64,000 bases of DNA from positions 1,169 through 65,168 of the IMG/VR virus record IMGVR_UViG_3300028025_004186. One strand, given 5' to 3'. Both the position numbers and the translations under genes were made by a program. This DNA comes from a virus (taxonomy: Duplodnaviria > Caudoviricetes). Under the pieces are notes generated by a model. That model saw only the letters and a program-made list of their open reading frames with translations. It was not told where the DNA came from and did no database searches. Positions within the stretch are counted from its first letter, which is position 1. Each line of letters opens with the position of its first letter. Positions 47,203-56,631 of this stretch are shown one piece after another.

Positions 47203-47750
47203 AACGTGTATACTACACCTGGCGTGATGTAGAAAACTTCACGCAAGAAATTATCAGACAGATTCATCATGATGGCTGGCGACCGGACTATGTTGTGGGT
47301 ATCACTCGTGGAGGACTTGTTCCGGCCAATCTCATCAGTCAATACTTGGGTGTGCGTATGGAAACACTCAAAGTGAGTCTAAGAGATGGTGGAGACTGTG
47401 AAAGCAATTTATGGATGGCCGAAGATGCATTTGGGTATGTGCCCGAAGATAGTCGTGGGGAGTCAGGCACACAGACTGATCCGGCATATCGTAAAAACAT
47501 TTTGATCGTTGATGACATCAATGACTCGGGTGCTACATTAAATTGGATCCAACAAGATTGGCCCAGTAGTTGCTTGCCTACTCATACTGCATGGGATGCA
47601 GTATGGAATAAAAATGTGCGTGTGGCCACTCTCGTTGACAACGAATCCAGTGAAGCTAAACTTGATGTCAACTACACTGGTTGTGCTATTAACAAAGCAG
47701 CCGATCCGCAATGGATTGTATTTCCCTGGGAACAATGGTGGACCAAATGA
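47199..47750 (+). CDS. type I phosphoribosyltransferase (purine PRTase-like; start moved to 47199)
   Basis: GITRGG, ILIVDDINDSGAT, WIVFPWE. Confidence 0.85.
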   Translation: MKRVYYTWRDVENFTQEIIRQIHHDGWRPDYVVGITRGGLVPANLISQYLGVRMETLKVSLRDGGDCESNLWMAEDAFGYVPEDSRGESGTQTDPAYRKNILIVDDINDSGATLNWIQQDWPSSCLPTHTAWDAVWNKNVRVATLVDNESSEAKLDVNYTGCAINKAADPQWIVFPWEQWWTK

Positions 47751-48121
47751 CAAATATTTTTGAAGATCAAAAACGATTCATGCTGGCATGTGATCAAACA
47801 GTGGGTGAATTCAAACCCAAGCAGTATCGCATGTATGTGAATCTCATCAAAGAAGAATGGCATGAACTCAAAGAAGCTGTTCAGGCAGCGGACCGAGTGG
47901 AACAATTGGATGCATTGATTGACTTGTTGGTTGTGACCACTGGGGCATTGCACAGCATGGGAATAGATGCCGAAGCGGCTTGGAATGAGGTTATGCGTAC
48001 CAACTTTGCCAAAATTGATCCTGAAACTGGCAAAGTCAACAAGCGCAAAGATGGCAAAGTTCTCAAACCCGAAGGTTGGAAACCTCCCAAATTAAAACCT
48101 TTCTTAAAAGACATTGACTAA
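47747..48121 (+). CDS. MazG-like all-alpha NTP pyrophosphohydrolase (start moved to 47747)
   Basis: LIKEEWHEL..LDALID, NFAK..DGKVLKP. Confidence 0.85.
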   Translation: MTNIFEDQKRFMLACDQTVGEFKPKQYRMYVNLIKEEWHELKEAVQAADRVEQLDALIDLLVVTTGALHSMGIDAEAAWNEVMRTNFAKIDPETGKVNKRKDGKVLKPEGWKPPKLKPFLKDID

Positions 48122-48142
48122 TTTTATTTCTTGTGCTATACT
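48114..48142 (+). promoter_or_regulatory. sigma70-type promoter (extended -10)
   Basis: TTGACT-17nt-TATACT. Confidence 0.7.
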
Positions 48143-48166
48143 CGCACAAAACTCTCAAGGAATATC

Positions 48167-49036
48167 ATGCAACTTAAAATAGCTGAAATATTTTATAGTC
48201 TACAAGGTGAAGGACGTTGGGCCGGTGTGCCCAGTGTTTTCATGCGTACATTTGGTTGTAATTTTCAATGTCGTGGATTTGGATTGCCGCGTGGTGAGAA
48301 GACCACTGAACCCGACGAAATCGCAGCCAACGTACACCTTTACAAAACCTACAACGACTTGCCGTTGGCTCGAACTGGCTGTGACAGTTATGCATCATGG
48401 CATCCGGCGTTCAAACATCTGTCACCATTTATGACCTTAGATGAAATTGCTGATCGTATGCATGGCATGATTCCCAAAAACAAGTGGAGTCCAGACACCA
48501 TCAGTGATGATGTACATTTGGTTATCACTGGTGGCGAACCATTGCTGGGCTATCAGGTTGAATATCCTGAACTTATTGAAAAATGTCGCCAGCAAGGCCT
48601 GCGCAACATTACATTTGAAACCAATGGCACTCAGTTTTTACATGAAGACGTTAGAGAATATTTGTTTGAAGAATTCACCAGACATGGTAGAGATTATGAT
48701 CGCCTGACTTTCAGTGTCAGTGCCAAACTGCCATGCTCGGGTGAGCGGTGGGAAGATGCTATACGTCCCGAAGTTGTAAAAAGTTATGAGATGGTGGGCA
48801 TGACCTATCTCAAGTTTGTTGTATCCAATGATGATGATTTGAAAGATGTCAACGAAGCAGTGTATCAATTCCGCAGAGCTGGATTTGGCGGGCCTGTTTA
48901 CTTGATGCCAACAGGTGGTGTCGCTGACTTATACAACTTCAATGTACCACAAGTGGCCGAACTGGCTATGAAACATGGATACAGATACAGTCCTAGATTG
49001 CAGGTAGATATCTGGCGCAATGCCTGGGGAACCTAA
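48167..49036 (+). CDS. queE: 7-carboxy-7-deazaguanine synthase (start moved to 48167)
   Basis: EIFYSLQGEG, RTFGCNFQC..CD, TGGEP, ETNG, PRLQ. Confidence 0.9.
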   Translation: MQLKIAEIFYSLQGEGRWAGVPSVFMRTFGCNFQCRGFGLPRGEKTTEPDEIAANVHLYKTYNDLPLARTGCDSYASWHPAFKHLSPFMTLDEIADRMHGMIPKNKWSPDTISDDVHLVITGGEPLLGYQVEYPELIEKCRQQGLRNITFETNGTQFLHEDVREYLFEEFTRHGRDYDRLTFSVSAKLPCSGERWEDAIRPEVVKSYEMVGMTYLKFVVSNDDDLKDVNEAVYQFRRAGFGGPVYLMPTGGVADLYNFNVPQVAELAMKHGYRYSPRLQVDIWRNAWGT

Positions 49037-49230
49037 TGGAATTACATAAACGAACCATAGTAAGAGCAATTACCTGGCGTGTGGTGGCAACATTGATTAC
49101 TGCAGTATGGACTGGATTAAGTGGTGCAATTATAATCAATATTTTTATGACACTGGCACATTACATACACGAGCGTGTATGGTTGAAAATCAATTGGGGT
49201 AAAGAATGGAAACAAAACAACGAACAATAG
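49036..49230 (+). CDS. DUF2061-like small membrane protein
   Basis: RTIVRAITWR..HERVW. Confidence 0.75.
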   Translation: MELHKRTIVRAITWRVVATLITAVWTGLSGAIIINIFMTLAHYIHERVWLKINWGKEWKQNNEQ

Positions 49231-49412
49231 CACGTATGGTATCATATAGAATCACAGCATGGTTGTTCACAATTTTTTGGACATACATGTTTACTGGTGA
49301 TGTTGCATCGGCCACTGGATTTGCAACAACGTTGCATATTTTATTGAGCATTGACTATTATATACACGAACGTATATGGTTAAAAATTAAATGGGGACGA
49401 AATGACTATTAA
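49206..49412 (+). CDS. DUF2061-like small membrane protein (tandem paralogue)
   Basis: RTIARMVSYR..HERIW. Confidence 0.75.
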   Translation: METKQRTIARMVSYRITAWLFTIFWTYMFTGDVASATGFATTLHILLSIDYYIHERIWLKIKWGRNDY

Positions 49413-49755
49413 TCAAATTCTATTTGCTGTTGGGGTTTGGGCTGTGTTAATCGGCGTAATTTATACATTCACTGGTTGGGGTAAAATCAGAGAGTGTTAT
49501 ACAATGTGGTTTACTCGGGAATATTGGACTAATTACAATATCGTTGAAGCTGCCAGTTGGCTGGCCAAAGCAGTGATTATTATTCCAGGATTGATTTTTG
49601 GTATTCAGCTTTGGTGGCTATACTTTTTCACATTAATAACCAGTCTTACCTTAATCTGGGCATCAAACAAAAAACTGTTACCAACACTGGTAGGATTTAA
49701 CACCATGTGGGTATGGTTGAGTATGATGGTAATTGCACAACATGTAATCAACTAA
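49402..49755 (+). CDS. multi-pass membrane protein
   Basis: About four hydrophobic segments. Confidence 0.65.
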   Translation: MTINQILFAVGVWAVLIGVIYTFTGWGKIRECYTMWFTREYWTNYNIVEAASWLAKAVIIIPGLIFGIQLWWLYFFTLITSLTLIWASNKKLLPTLVGFNTMWVWLSMMVIAQHVIN

Positions 49756-49757
49756 CT

Positions 49758-50159
49758 ATGAAATTATTTGATCGTTTTTTCAAGAAGAAACCACAACAAA
49801 AAATAGAGACACCTGAGCCGGTGATTCCTAAGCCGGTGGTTTCTAAAAAGAAAACAGCCAAAGAACTTGCCACCGAACGCGATGAACCTTACATTGCTAT
49901 ACTCAGCATGGATATTGATCCCAACAATATCAATCAAGGAGCATTTGAGCTAGATTGGAACGAGAAGTTTATATCTAATTTGGTACGTGCAGGATACATG
50001 ATGAAAAAAGAGGATTCTGATTCAGACATCGTTGATCGTTGGTTTCAGAATGTATGTCGTAATGTAGTGTTAGAAACATACGAACAAGAACAAGCAATGA
50101 ATCCACAACGCTATGTTCGCAGCAAAGACATCGGTGACGGCCGCAGTGAGGTTAGTTAA
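49758..50159 (+). CDS. hypothetical phage protein (start moved to 49758)
   Basis: GAFELDWN..IVDRWF..CR. Confidence 0.65.
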   Translation: MKLFDRFFKKKPQQKIETPEPVIPKPVVSKKKTAKELATERDEPYIAILSMDIDPNNINQGAFELDWNEKFISNLVRAGYMMKKEDSDSDIVDRWFQNVCRNVVLETYEQEQAMNPQRYVRSKDIGDGRSEVS

Positions 50160-51260
50160 ATGAAAATTACAAAAATACCCGGACTTGGTAGTCGAGGAAT
50201 CTACATTGATGATGTAGATCTCAATCACATCAGTGATGAAGAGTGGCTGGAGATCGGACATCTCTACATGCAGAATCTTGTGACTATCCTACGCAACGTC
50301 ACAGTGACCAAAGAGCGATATCCTGAGCTGATGGCCAAGTGGGGCCAATCACGTGTGCCCACTGGTATGGGGAAAAAATTCAAACAAAAGTATGGGTATG
50401 GTGTCAAAGATATATTTCAACTTGCCAAAACCAATCCAGAATTAATTGACGAACAAGATCAGTTATGGATTAAATCAATTGAAGAAGCCACTGAAAGAAC
50501 CAGCAATGGTTATGTGATGATGAAAGTAGCTGGTGGATACACTGCCGACGGAGTGCCCAATGGCATGTTCAGCGAGGGAGAACTACTGTGGCACAGCAAT
50601 GAGTCAGGTACATTGACCTTTACTCCCAGTGTATCTTTGCTGGGCTGGAAAAACATGGTAGGATCATCAACTGGCTTTGTGCAAACTGCCGACTACTATG
50701 AAAATATTTCCAACAGTTTTCGCAGTGAACTTGATGACATGATTGTAGTACATCGCTTTATACCCAACAAGATTGGGCCAGGTATATCAAAGTCACAAGA
50801 TGATTTATTGGGCATAAACATGGTGCCCGAAAACAACAAAGAAGTTCCGCTGGTGCTGACCAGTCCTGGTGGCATACGTGGATTACATTACAGCATCAAT
50901 ACTGCCTGGCAAATCAAAGACATGAGTGTACCTGACAGTCATATACTGTTTGAGAGACTCAATAAAGAACTGTTTACTGAGGCAAACATTTATGATCACT
51001 GGTATCAGCAAGACAACGACTTATTGCTATTTGATAACACAATAACTCTGCATCGCAGAATTGGTTACATTGATGGTCGTGTGGCTCTAAGAAATCCACA
51101 TGACTTCACAAATCTTCAAACTGGCCCTTGGCTACCCTATTCTGACAAACCAAAATATCAAAGACAGTACAACAGAGAGATTAGAAAAATTGTACGTCAA
51201 CTTGGCATCACTGATTTTAAACTTCCACCAACCGGCTTGTTAGAAATCCTAGGTCTTTGA
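50160..51260 (+). CDS. TauD/TfdA-family 2OG dioxygenase
   Basis: LLWHSNE, HWYQQDNDLLLFDN..LHRR. Confidence 0.75.
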   Translation: MKITKIPGLGSRGIYIDDVDLNHISDEEWLEIGHLYMQNLVTILRNVTVTKERYPELMAKWGQSRVPTGMGKKFKQKYGYGVKDIFQLAKTNPELIDEQDQLWIKSIEEATERTSNGYVMMKVAGGYTADGVPNGMFSEGELLWHSNESGTLTFTPSVSLLGWKNMVGSSTGFVQTADYYENISNSFRSELDDMIVVHRFIPNKIGPGISKSQDDLLGINMVPENNKEVPLVLTSPGGIRGLHYSINTAWQIKDMSVPDSHILFERLNKELFTEANIYDHWYQQDNDLLLFDNTITLHRRIGYIDGRVALRNPHDFTNLQTGPWLPYSDKPKYQRQYNREIRKIVRQLGITDFKLPPTGLLEILGL

Positions 51261-51261
51261 C

Positions 51262-51474
51262 ATGACACCGGTGCATTTGAGTTGGTGCGAGGGAGATACT
51301 CACATCACTCATGCCAACATTTATAGTTGGACTGTAGAAATGTTTGGACTTCCAGGTAATAGATTTATGTTTCATCCCACAAGTCGCGCCATGGAGTTTG
51401 AATTTACGGACTCCGATGATGCTTTATTATTTGCTTTGAGATTCAGTGAGAGAGTGATCAATGAACCCCATTAA
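51262..51474 (+). CDS. small hypothetical protein
   Basis: FEFTDSDDALLFALRF. Confidence 0.55.
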   Translation: MTPVHLSWCEGDTHITHANIYSWTVEMFGLPGNRFMFHPTSRAMEFEFTDSDDALLFALRFSERVINEPH

Positions 51475-51763
51475 ACTTACTCCCCGGCAGTGGCGCATAA
51501 TTCGCGAGCGCATGATTGAAGAATATCGCGATACCCCCAGTGTGATAATGATGCGCAGCAAGATGCGTGAAGTCTTGGGGTTCACTCCACGAGAACACAC
51601 AGAGTATACTGATCATCCAGAATTTCTCCTGGAGACACGAGGTGAAAGGCCTTATTCTGTTGAGCGAAATATCATGCTTGACTTTTACAGTGAACCCATG
51701 CGTACAATGTTTTTGTTGAAATACTCACACCTAATCAATGACAATGAATCATCTTTACGTTAA
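51461..51763 (+). CDS. small hypothetical protein
   Basis: LGFTPREH..LDFYSEPMRTMFLLKY. Confidence 0.6.
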   Translation: MNPIKLTPRQWRIIRERMIEEYRDTPSVIMMRSKMREVLGFTPREHTEYTDHPEFLLETRGERPYSVERNIMLDFYSEPMRTMFLLKYSHLINDNESSLR

Positions 51764-52388
51764 CGGAGATAGTCACAGTGCAGGCGTGGCAGTGGAATCT
51801 GCCACTCAGTCTTTTGGTGCATTGGTAGCACAACATTTTAAATTGCCATTGGTGAATCAGGCCTTGGCCGGTGCTAGTAATAACTATATCATCCGTATCA
51901 CACAAGATTGGATCCGCACTCGCAATGACAAATATTTTGTGCTGATAGGTTGGAGCAGTTGGGAACGAGAAGAATGGCCGTATCGTGGAGATTTTTTTCA
52001 AGCCAATAGCAGTGCCGACACCTTTGGTGATCCAGAATTAGATCAGCGTTATAAAATCTGGGTCAACGGGCTTGACGAAACCAGTCTACCCAGACTGGGT
52101 CAGGAGTGGCATGAGCGTATCTGGCAGTTTCATGAAAAACTCAAAACAAGAAATATCCCACATTTGTTTTTTAACTGCTTTTATGATTTCTTAATAGATT
52201 CCAAGTATCAACGAGATTGGGGTGCAAATTTTTTTCATCCCTATGAAAATGACTGGAGCTACTGGTACTACCTTCAACATCAGCAGTTCCAGCCTGCGCA
52301 ACATGAATTGTATCACTATGGTGCAGATGCACACCAAGTCTGGGCAGACTTGCTAATACAACATATCAAAAAACACAAGCTATTATGA
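51738..52388 (+). CDS. SGNH/GDSL-like hydrolase
   Basis: VNGDSHS, GASN, late His (HYGADAH). Confidence 0.65.
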   Translation: MTMNHLYVNGDSHSAGVAVESATQSFGALVAQHFKLPLVNQALAGASNNYIIRITQDWIRTRNDKYFVLIGWSSWEREEWPYRGDFFQANSSADTFGDPELDQRYKIWVNGLDETSLPRLGQEWHERIWQFHEKLKTRNIPHLFFNCFYDFLIDSKYQRDWGANFFHPYENDWSYWYYLQHQQFQPAQHELYHYGADAHQVWADLLIQHIKKHKLL

Positions 52389-53092
52389 TAATTTACGTAA
52401 ATGGTGATAGCCACAGTGCTGCTGCCGAAGCAGTAAACCCGCATTGCTTTGCTGAAGATGATCCATTCTTCTGGGGTATGGGACGACGTCCACACCCTGA
52501 AAACGAACGTGTGAGCTATGGCTGTGAGATAGCCAATGCTCTATATGCTATACTTTGGTGCGACGCAGAATCGGCTAGTTCAAATCAACGTATCATGCGT
52601 ACCACACGCAGTTGGATCAACGAACAAACTCCGCAAGCACTCAAAGATACCTTTATGATCATCCAATGGTCAACTTGGGAACGCGAGGAATGGTTGGACG
52701 AGGGTGTGTACTACCAAGTCAATGCGTCGGGCATAGATCATGTGCCCGAACATTTACAATCACGTTATCAACAATTCATTGCCGATGTTAACTGGCAACA
52801 ATGTACTGAACAAGCTCATCAGACGATTTGGGAATTCCATCAAGAGTTACAGCAGCTCAATATACGTCATGTAATGTTCAATGGTAATTCGGATTTTAGT
52901 AAAATCACAACTCAACAGGACTGGGGCAACCATTACCTCTCACCTTATGATCCCACACAGACCTATGATAGTGTGCTAAAAAACAACGGATTTTCCACAG
53001 TAAAGCCTGATAGTTGGCATTTTGGTGCTGATGCTCATTGCTTTTGGGCCAATCATGTGCTACAATATGTACGTACTCACAACATAATCTAA
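52385..53092 (+). CDS. SGNH/GDSL-like hydrolase (tandem paralogue)
   Basis: VNGDSHS, SASSN, WEREEW, HFGADAH. Confidence 0.65.
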   Translation: MIIYVNGDSHSAAAEAVNPHCFAEDDPFFWGMGRRPHPENERVSYGCEIANALYAILWCDAESASSNQRIMRTTRSWINEQTPQALKDTFMIIQWSTWEREEWLDEGVYYQVNASGIDHVPEHLQSRYQQFIADVNWQQCTEQAHQTIWEFHQELQQLNIRHVMFNGNSDFSKITTQQDWGNHYLSPYDPTQTYDSVLKNNGFSTVKPDSWHFGADAHCFWANHVLQYVRTHNII

Positions 53093-53094
53093 TC

Positions 53095-54144
53095 ATGCGC
53101 TACTTACTCATTGATACTGCCAACATGTTCTTTCGTGCCCGACACGTGGCTTTTCGCGCCACCAGTGCTGAAGAAAAAGTAGGCTATGCCCTGCACATCA
53201 CACTGGCAGCAATCAACAAAGTTCACAAGAAATTCTCTGCGGATCACGTGATATTTGCCCTTGAGGGAAGGAGCTGGCGCAAGGACTTTTACGAGCCCTA
53301 CAAAAAGAACCGTGCTGTGGCCCGTGCTGCTCAGACAGAAAAAGAGCAAGAAGAAGATAAATTGTTTTGGGAAACTTTTGATCTGTTCACTAAATACTTG
53401 GGTGAGCAGACCAACTGCTCCGTAATACGGCATCCTGAAGCCGAAGCTGATGACGTTATTGCTCGCTGGATCGCTTTACATCCCCAAGATCAACATTTTA
53501 TTGTAAGTTCCGACACAGACTTTGTACAACTTCTAGCACCCAACGTTCAGCAATTTAACGGTATCACCGACGAGCTCATCACATTAGAAGGAATTTTTGA
53601 TGCCAAGGGCAAACAGATTATTGACAAGAAGACCAAAGAACCAAAAACGGTTCCAGATCCTACGTGGCTTCTCTTTGAAAAATGTATGCGAGGCGATGCG
53701 TCGGATAATGTGTTCTCGGCGTATCCAGGCGTTAGGACCAAAGGCACTAAGAATAAAGTTGGGCTCCAAGAGGCCTATGCGGATCGCAATACAAAAGGCT
53801 ATGCGTGGAACAATCTAATGCTACAGCGTTGGACAGATCACAACGGCACCGAACATCGTGTGTTGGATGACTACAATCGCAATGTTGCCCTGGTTGATTT
53901 AACTGCACAGCCCACAGAGATTAAACAAAAAGTGGATCTAGCCATTGCCCAGCAGATTTCACACCGAGACATTGGGCAGGTAGGTGTACGTTTCATGAAG
54001 TTCTGTGGACGTTACGACTTGCAAAAGATTTCTGAGTCAGCCGAGCAATATGCTCAATGGCTCAATGCTACATACAAAGGAGTTCTTGATGATAATAGCC
54101 AAACCCATAGTGCCCAACCAATACTGGATACTGCGTCACAATGA
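53095..54144 (+). CDS. rnh: T4 RNase H-like 5'-3' exonuclease (start moved to 53095)
   Basis: LLIDTAN, WRK..YKKNR, EADD, SSDTDF, GDASDN. Confidence 0.9.
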   Translation: MRYLLIDTANMFFRARHVAFRATSAEEKVGYALHITLAAINKVHKKFSADHVIFALEGRSWRKDFYEPYKKNRAVARAAQTEKEQEEDKLFWETFDLFTKYLGEQTNCSVIRHPEAEADDVIARWIALHPQDQHFIVSSDTDFVQLLAPNVQQFNGITDELITLEGIFDAKGKQIIDKKTKEPKTVPDPTWLLFEKCMRGDASDNVFSAYPGVRTKGTKNKVGLQEAYADRNTKGYAWNNLMLQRWTDHNGTEHRVLDDYNRNVALVDLTAQPTEIKQKVDLAIAQQISHRDIGQVGVRFMKFCGRYDLQKISESAEQYAQWLNATYKGVLDDNSQTHSAQPILDTASQ

Positions 54145-54523
54145 TGAAAAAATAGGTAACATTCAAGCCACTGACAATGGCTTTCAGGTAAAGATCAACA
54201 ATCAAATACAGAGTTTCAAATCCATGCGCATGATTCGTCAGCGTGTGGGCATTGACTTTGAACCTGCAGTCAAAACCGCTAGCCCTGCACAAGATGAAAT
54301 CTATGGATTTAAAACTGGCTGTCGCGCCTACAATGGTATTTTTGAAGTGCGCAAACAGTTGCCACTGTTTACCAAAACACGCAAATCAAAATCATGGTAT
54401 GCGGCCGGTTGGTATCTCATACAACAAAATCGCAACTGGGAAATAGTACAAAATCCCAAACTCATCACACTGCAACGATACACTTATCGAGGTCCATTCA
54501 AAACCAAGGAACAAGCACAATGA
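54089..54523 (+). CDS. hypothetical phage protein (start moved to 54089)
   Basis: AGGAG RBS; PLFTKTRKSKSWYAAGWY. Confidence 0.65.
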   Translation: MIIAKPIVPNQYWILRHNDEKIGNIQATDNGFQVKINNQIQSFKSMRMIRQRVGIDFEPAVKTASPAQDEIYGFKTGCRAYNGIFEVRKQLPLFTKTRKSKSWYAAGWYLIQQNRNWEIVQNPKLITLQRYTYRGPFKTKEQAQ

Positions 54524-54723
54524 GTTTACACATCAATCGGTTTGTAGATCGTATCAAGGCACATGAGTCACGAGCGTCTCGTGACTTCTCAATGCCCATG
54601 CAGGATGCCCGAGACCTACATGCAGACATAACCAAACTACTTGCTCAAGTTCAGGAATTACATGAACAGGCAACACAAAAATCAGAAACTGTTCAAGTAG
54701 AGATCACCGGCGGCTCGTTCTAA
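54520..54723 (+). CDS. hypothetical phage protein (start moved to 54520)
   Basis: ATGA coupling; ends GGSF. Confidence 0.6.
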   Translation: MSLHINRFVDRIKAHESRASRDFSMPMQDARDLHADITKLLAQVQELHEQATQKSETVQVEITGGSF

Positions 54724-54774
54724 AACTGCTTAGATTACGGACTAAATAATAGTGTTATATTATTGGAGACTCCG

Positions 54775-55077
54775 TTGTCTAGACCCAAACCTCAAGTATT
54801 AGTTGAACTAACCAACAAGACCACTTACAAAACCGAGCAGGTGTTGGCATCTGACGGTATTTGGGCTGTGTTCTTTGATAGTGCCCCAATCAATCTCAAG
54901 ACTTCGAACATGCTGCAACAATTTCCTGGACCCAAGTACAAAAAAGTAAGTTTCTCAAATCCTGGACATGCCATTAACTTGGCTCGAAAGCTCAACACCC
55001 AGTTCAAAACTGATAAATTTTCAGTGGTGTTGCTCACAGCCGGGGAAAGGATTTTCCCTAATGGCACGACGGGCTGA
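54775..55077 (+). CDS. hypothetical phage protein (TTG start, MSRPKP)
   Basis: GGAG RBS; PKYKKVSFSNPGHA. Confidence 0.65.
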   Translation: MSRPKPQVLVELTNKTTYKTEQVLASDGIWAVFFDSAPINLKTSNMLQQFPGPKYKKVSFSNPGHAINLARKLNTQFKTDKFSVVLLTAGERIFPNGTTG

Positions 55078-55420
55078 AATCACACAACGAGTTTTAGAAG
55101 TAATTCCTGCTGAACATCAGATATCATTTGAAACGGCCATGCTGCATTGGTGGCAAAATTTACGTGCTGAAGGTGGGCTACGTCTCACTGACGCTGGAGT
55201 GATTGCATTTCGTGATCATGCTGAGTTAGAATGTTATACTCATGAGTTACCAACCAAACAACCTCTCACCAAGTTGATGCTGTTGAAGTTGGATCGCAGT
55301 ATCACCATGCCTTACTATATTGGGCCAAAACGCACCATTGTGTTTTTTGGCAGTCGCGAAGCAATGATGGCAGCATTGTATGGAGACTTAGCAAAATATA
55401 TACAAAATCTCAGCACTTGA
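55061..55420 (+). CDS. hypothetical phage protein (start moved to 55061)
   Basis: WWQN.R..GGLRLT. Confidence 0.6.
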   Translation: MARRAEITQRVLEVIPAEHQISFETAMLHWWQNLRAEGGLRLTDAGVIAFRDHAELECYTHELPTKQPLTKLMLLKLDRSITMPYYIGPKRTIVFFGSREAMMAALYGDLAKYIQNLST

Positions 55421-55445
55421 CCAATTATTGGTGGTCTGCTATAAT
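55417..55445 (+). promoter_or_regulatory. sigma70-type promoter (extended -10)
   Basis: TTGACC-17nt-TATAAT. Confidence 0.75.
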
Positions 55446-55491
55446 AGCAGTATAGTTGAGTTAGTTGTTAAAATTGCAACAGGAGAATATG

Positions 55492-56073
55492 ATGCCAGCA
55501 GTATTTTTAGTCAGCGACACACACTTTGGACACGCCGGCGTCTGCAGATTCCTACGCAACGACGGGGTGACCAAACTGCGCCCTTGGGACAACCCAGAGG
55601 ACATGGACGAAGAAATGGTCAAGCGTTGGAACGAGCGTGTTCGACCCAACGACAAGGTGTATCATCTGGGCGATGTTGTGATTAACCGTCGAGCACTGGC
55701 TACAATGGCTCGACTGAACGGCGACAAGGTGCTGATACGTGGTAACCACGACATCTTCCGTGATGACGAATATAGAAAGTACTTTCGTGAACTACGTGCG
55801 TACCATGTGATGAACGGAATGATACTGAGTCATATTCCTATCCACACTGATAGTTTGGCAAGATTTGGCACCAACATACACGGACACTTGCATGCCAATC
55901 GTGTAATGGCCGAAGCATGGGGCGAGTACAAGATTGATCCCCGCTATCATTGCGTATGTGTGGAGCAAACAGACTTTACACCTATACTGTTTGAAGATGT
56001 TATCAAACGTATTGAGGCAGAAGGTGGTACTATAGGTTTTAAAAATGGCAACGGCCCTACTGGACCTACATAA
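55492..56073 (+). CDS. calcineurin-like metallophosphoesterase
   Basis: SDTHFGH, LGD, GNHD, SHIP, HGHLH. Confidence 0.9.
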   Translation: MPAVFLVSDTHFGHAGVCRFLRNDGVTKLRPWDNPEDMDEEMVKRWNERVRPNDKVYHLGDVVINRRALATMARLNGDKVLIRGNHDIFRDDEYRKYFRELRAYHVMNGMILSHIPIHTDSLARFGTNIHGHLHANRVMAEAWGEYKIDPRYHCVCVEQTDFTPILFEDVIKRIEAEGGTIGFKNGNGPTGPT

Positions 56074-56080
56074 TCTGAGG

Positions 56081-56109
56081 TTGACTTAATATGCAACTTC
56101 AAGTAAAAT
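56081..56109 (+). promoter_or_regulatory. sigma70-type promoter
   Basis: TTGACT-17nt-TAAAAT. Confidence 0.65.
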
Positions 56110-56145
56110 ATAGGTTCAGTAGTTAATTTATTGAAAGGAAAAGAA

Positions 56146-56355
56146 ATGTATTTGAAACTCAGAGCAGCAGCAATCACCTTGGGCGTGATCAGCAGTGGGT
56201 TGTTGGCAGGATTCTTGTTGAGTTATTTGCCTAACTGGGCGGTGTTGACAATTGCAGTAGCAGTGATTTGTTATTTTGTATATGTCACAGCACTGGCTGG
56301 ATTGAAGTTTGATGAGAGCATTGAGAAAATGAACTCAAAGCACAATGACAAATAA
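56146..56355 (+). CDS. small two-TM membrane protein
   Basis: AAGGA RBS; two hydrophobic helices. Confidence 0.6.
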   Translation: MYLKLRAAAITLGVISSGLLAGFLLSYLPNWAVLTIAVAVICYFVYVTALAGLKFDESIEKMNSKHNDK

Positions 56356-56369
56356 TTTTATAAGGTAAC

Positions 56370-56516
56370 ATGAAGGAACAAGATCAGAAACAACCGCAGA
56401 AATCTGAGCACGAACTCACTGCCAAGCAATTGGCAGAGTTACTCGAGGCCAAGCTCGAACGTGCCAGATTGATGCAACAAAGTTTTAGACAAGTACAACA
56501 GTTGGTTGACCAGTAA
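56370..56516 (+). CDS. small helical protein (48 aa, not in ORF track)
   Basis: TAAGG RBS; MKEQDQKQ..QQLVDQ*. Confidence 0.5.
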   Translation: MKEQDQKQPQKSEHELTAKQLAELLEAKLERARLMQQSFRQVQQLVDQ

Positions 56517-56534
56517 TGTATTATCATTTAAAAT
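56506..56534 (+). promoter_or_regulatory. sigma70-type promoter for the RNA cluster
   Basis: TTGACC-17nt-TAAAAT. Confidence 0.65.
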
Positions 56535-56547
56535 GTATTTTTTTGAT

Positions 56548-56625
56548 GCATCAGTACCAAAGTGGTTTAATGGCTCCGCCTGCAAAGCGGTTGATTCGTA
56601 GGTTCAAATCCTACCTGATGCTCCA
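56548..56625 (+). tRNA. tRNA-Cys(GCA)
   Basis: GCATCAG/CTGATGC acceptor, U73, CCA, anticodon loop CT-GCA-AA. Confidence 0.9.
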
Positions 56626-56631
56626 GATTAA

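Noticed and set aside
32717-49036. Complete queuosine tRNA pathway
   Set aside because: No queC, queF, queA or queG is seen, none of the six tRNAs has a GUN anticodon, and the TGT is long and divergent
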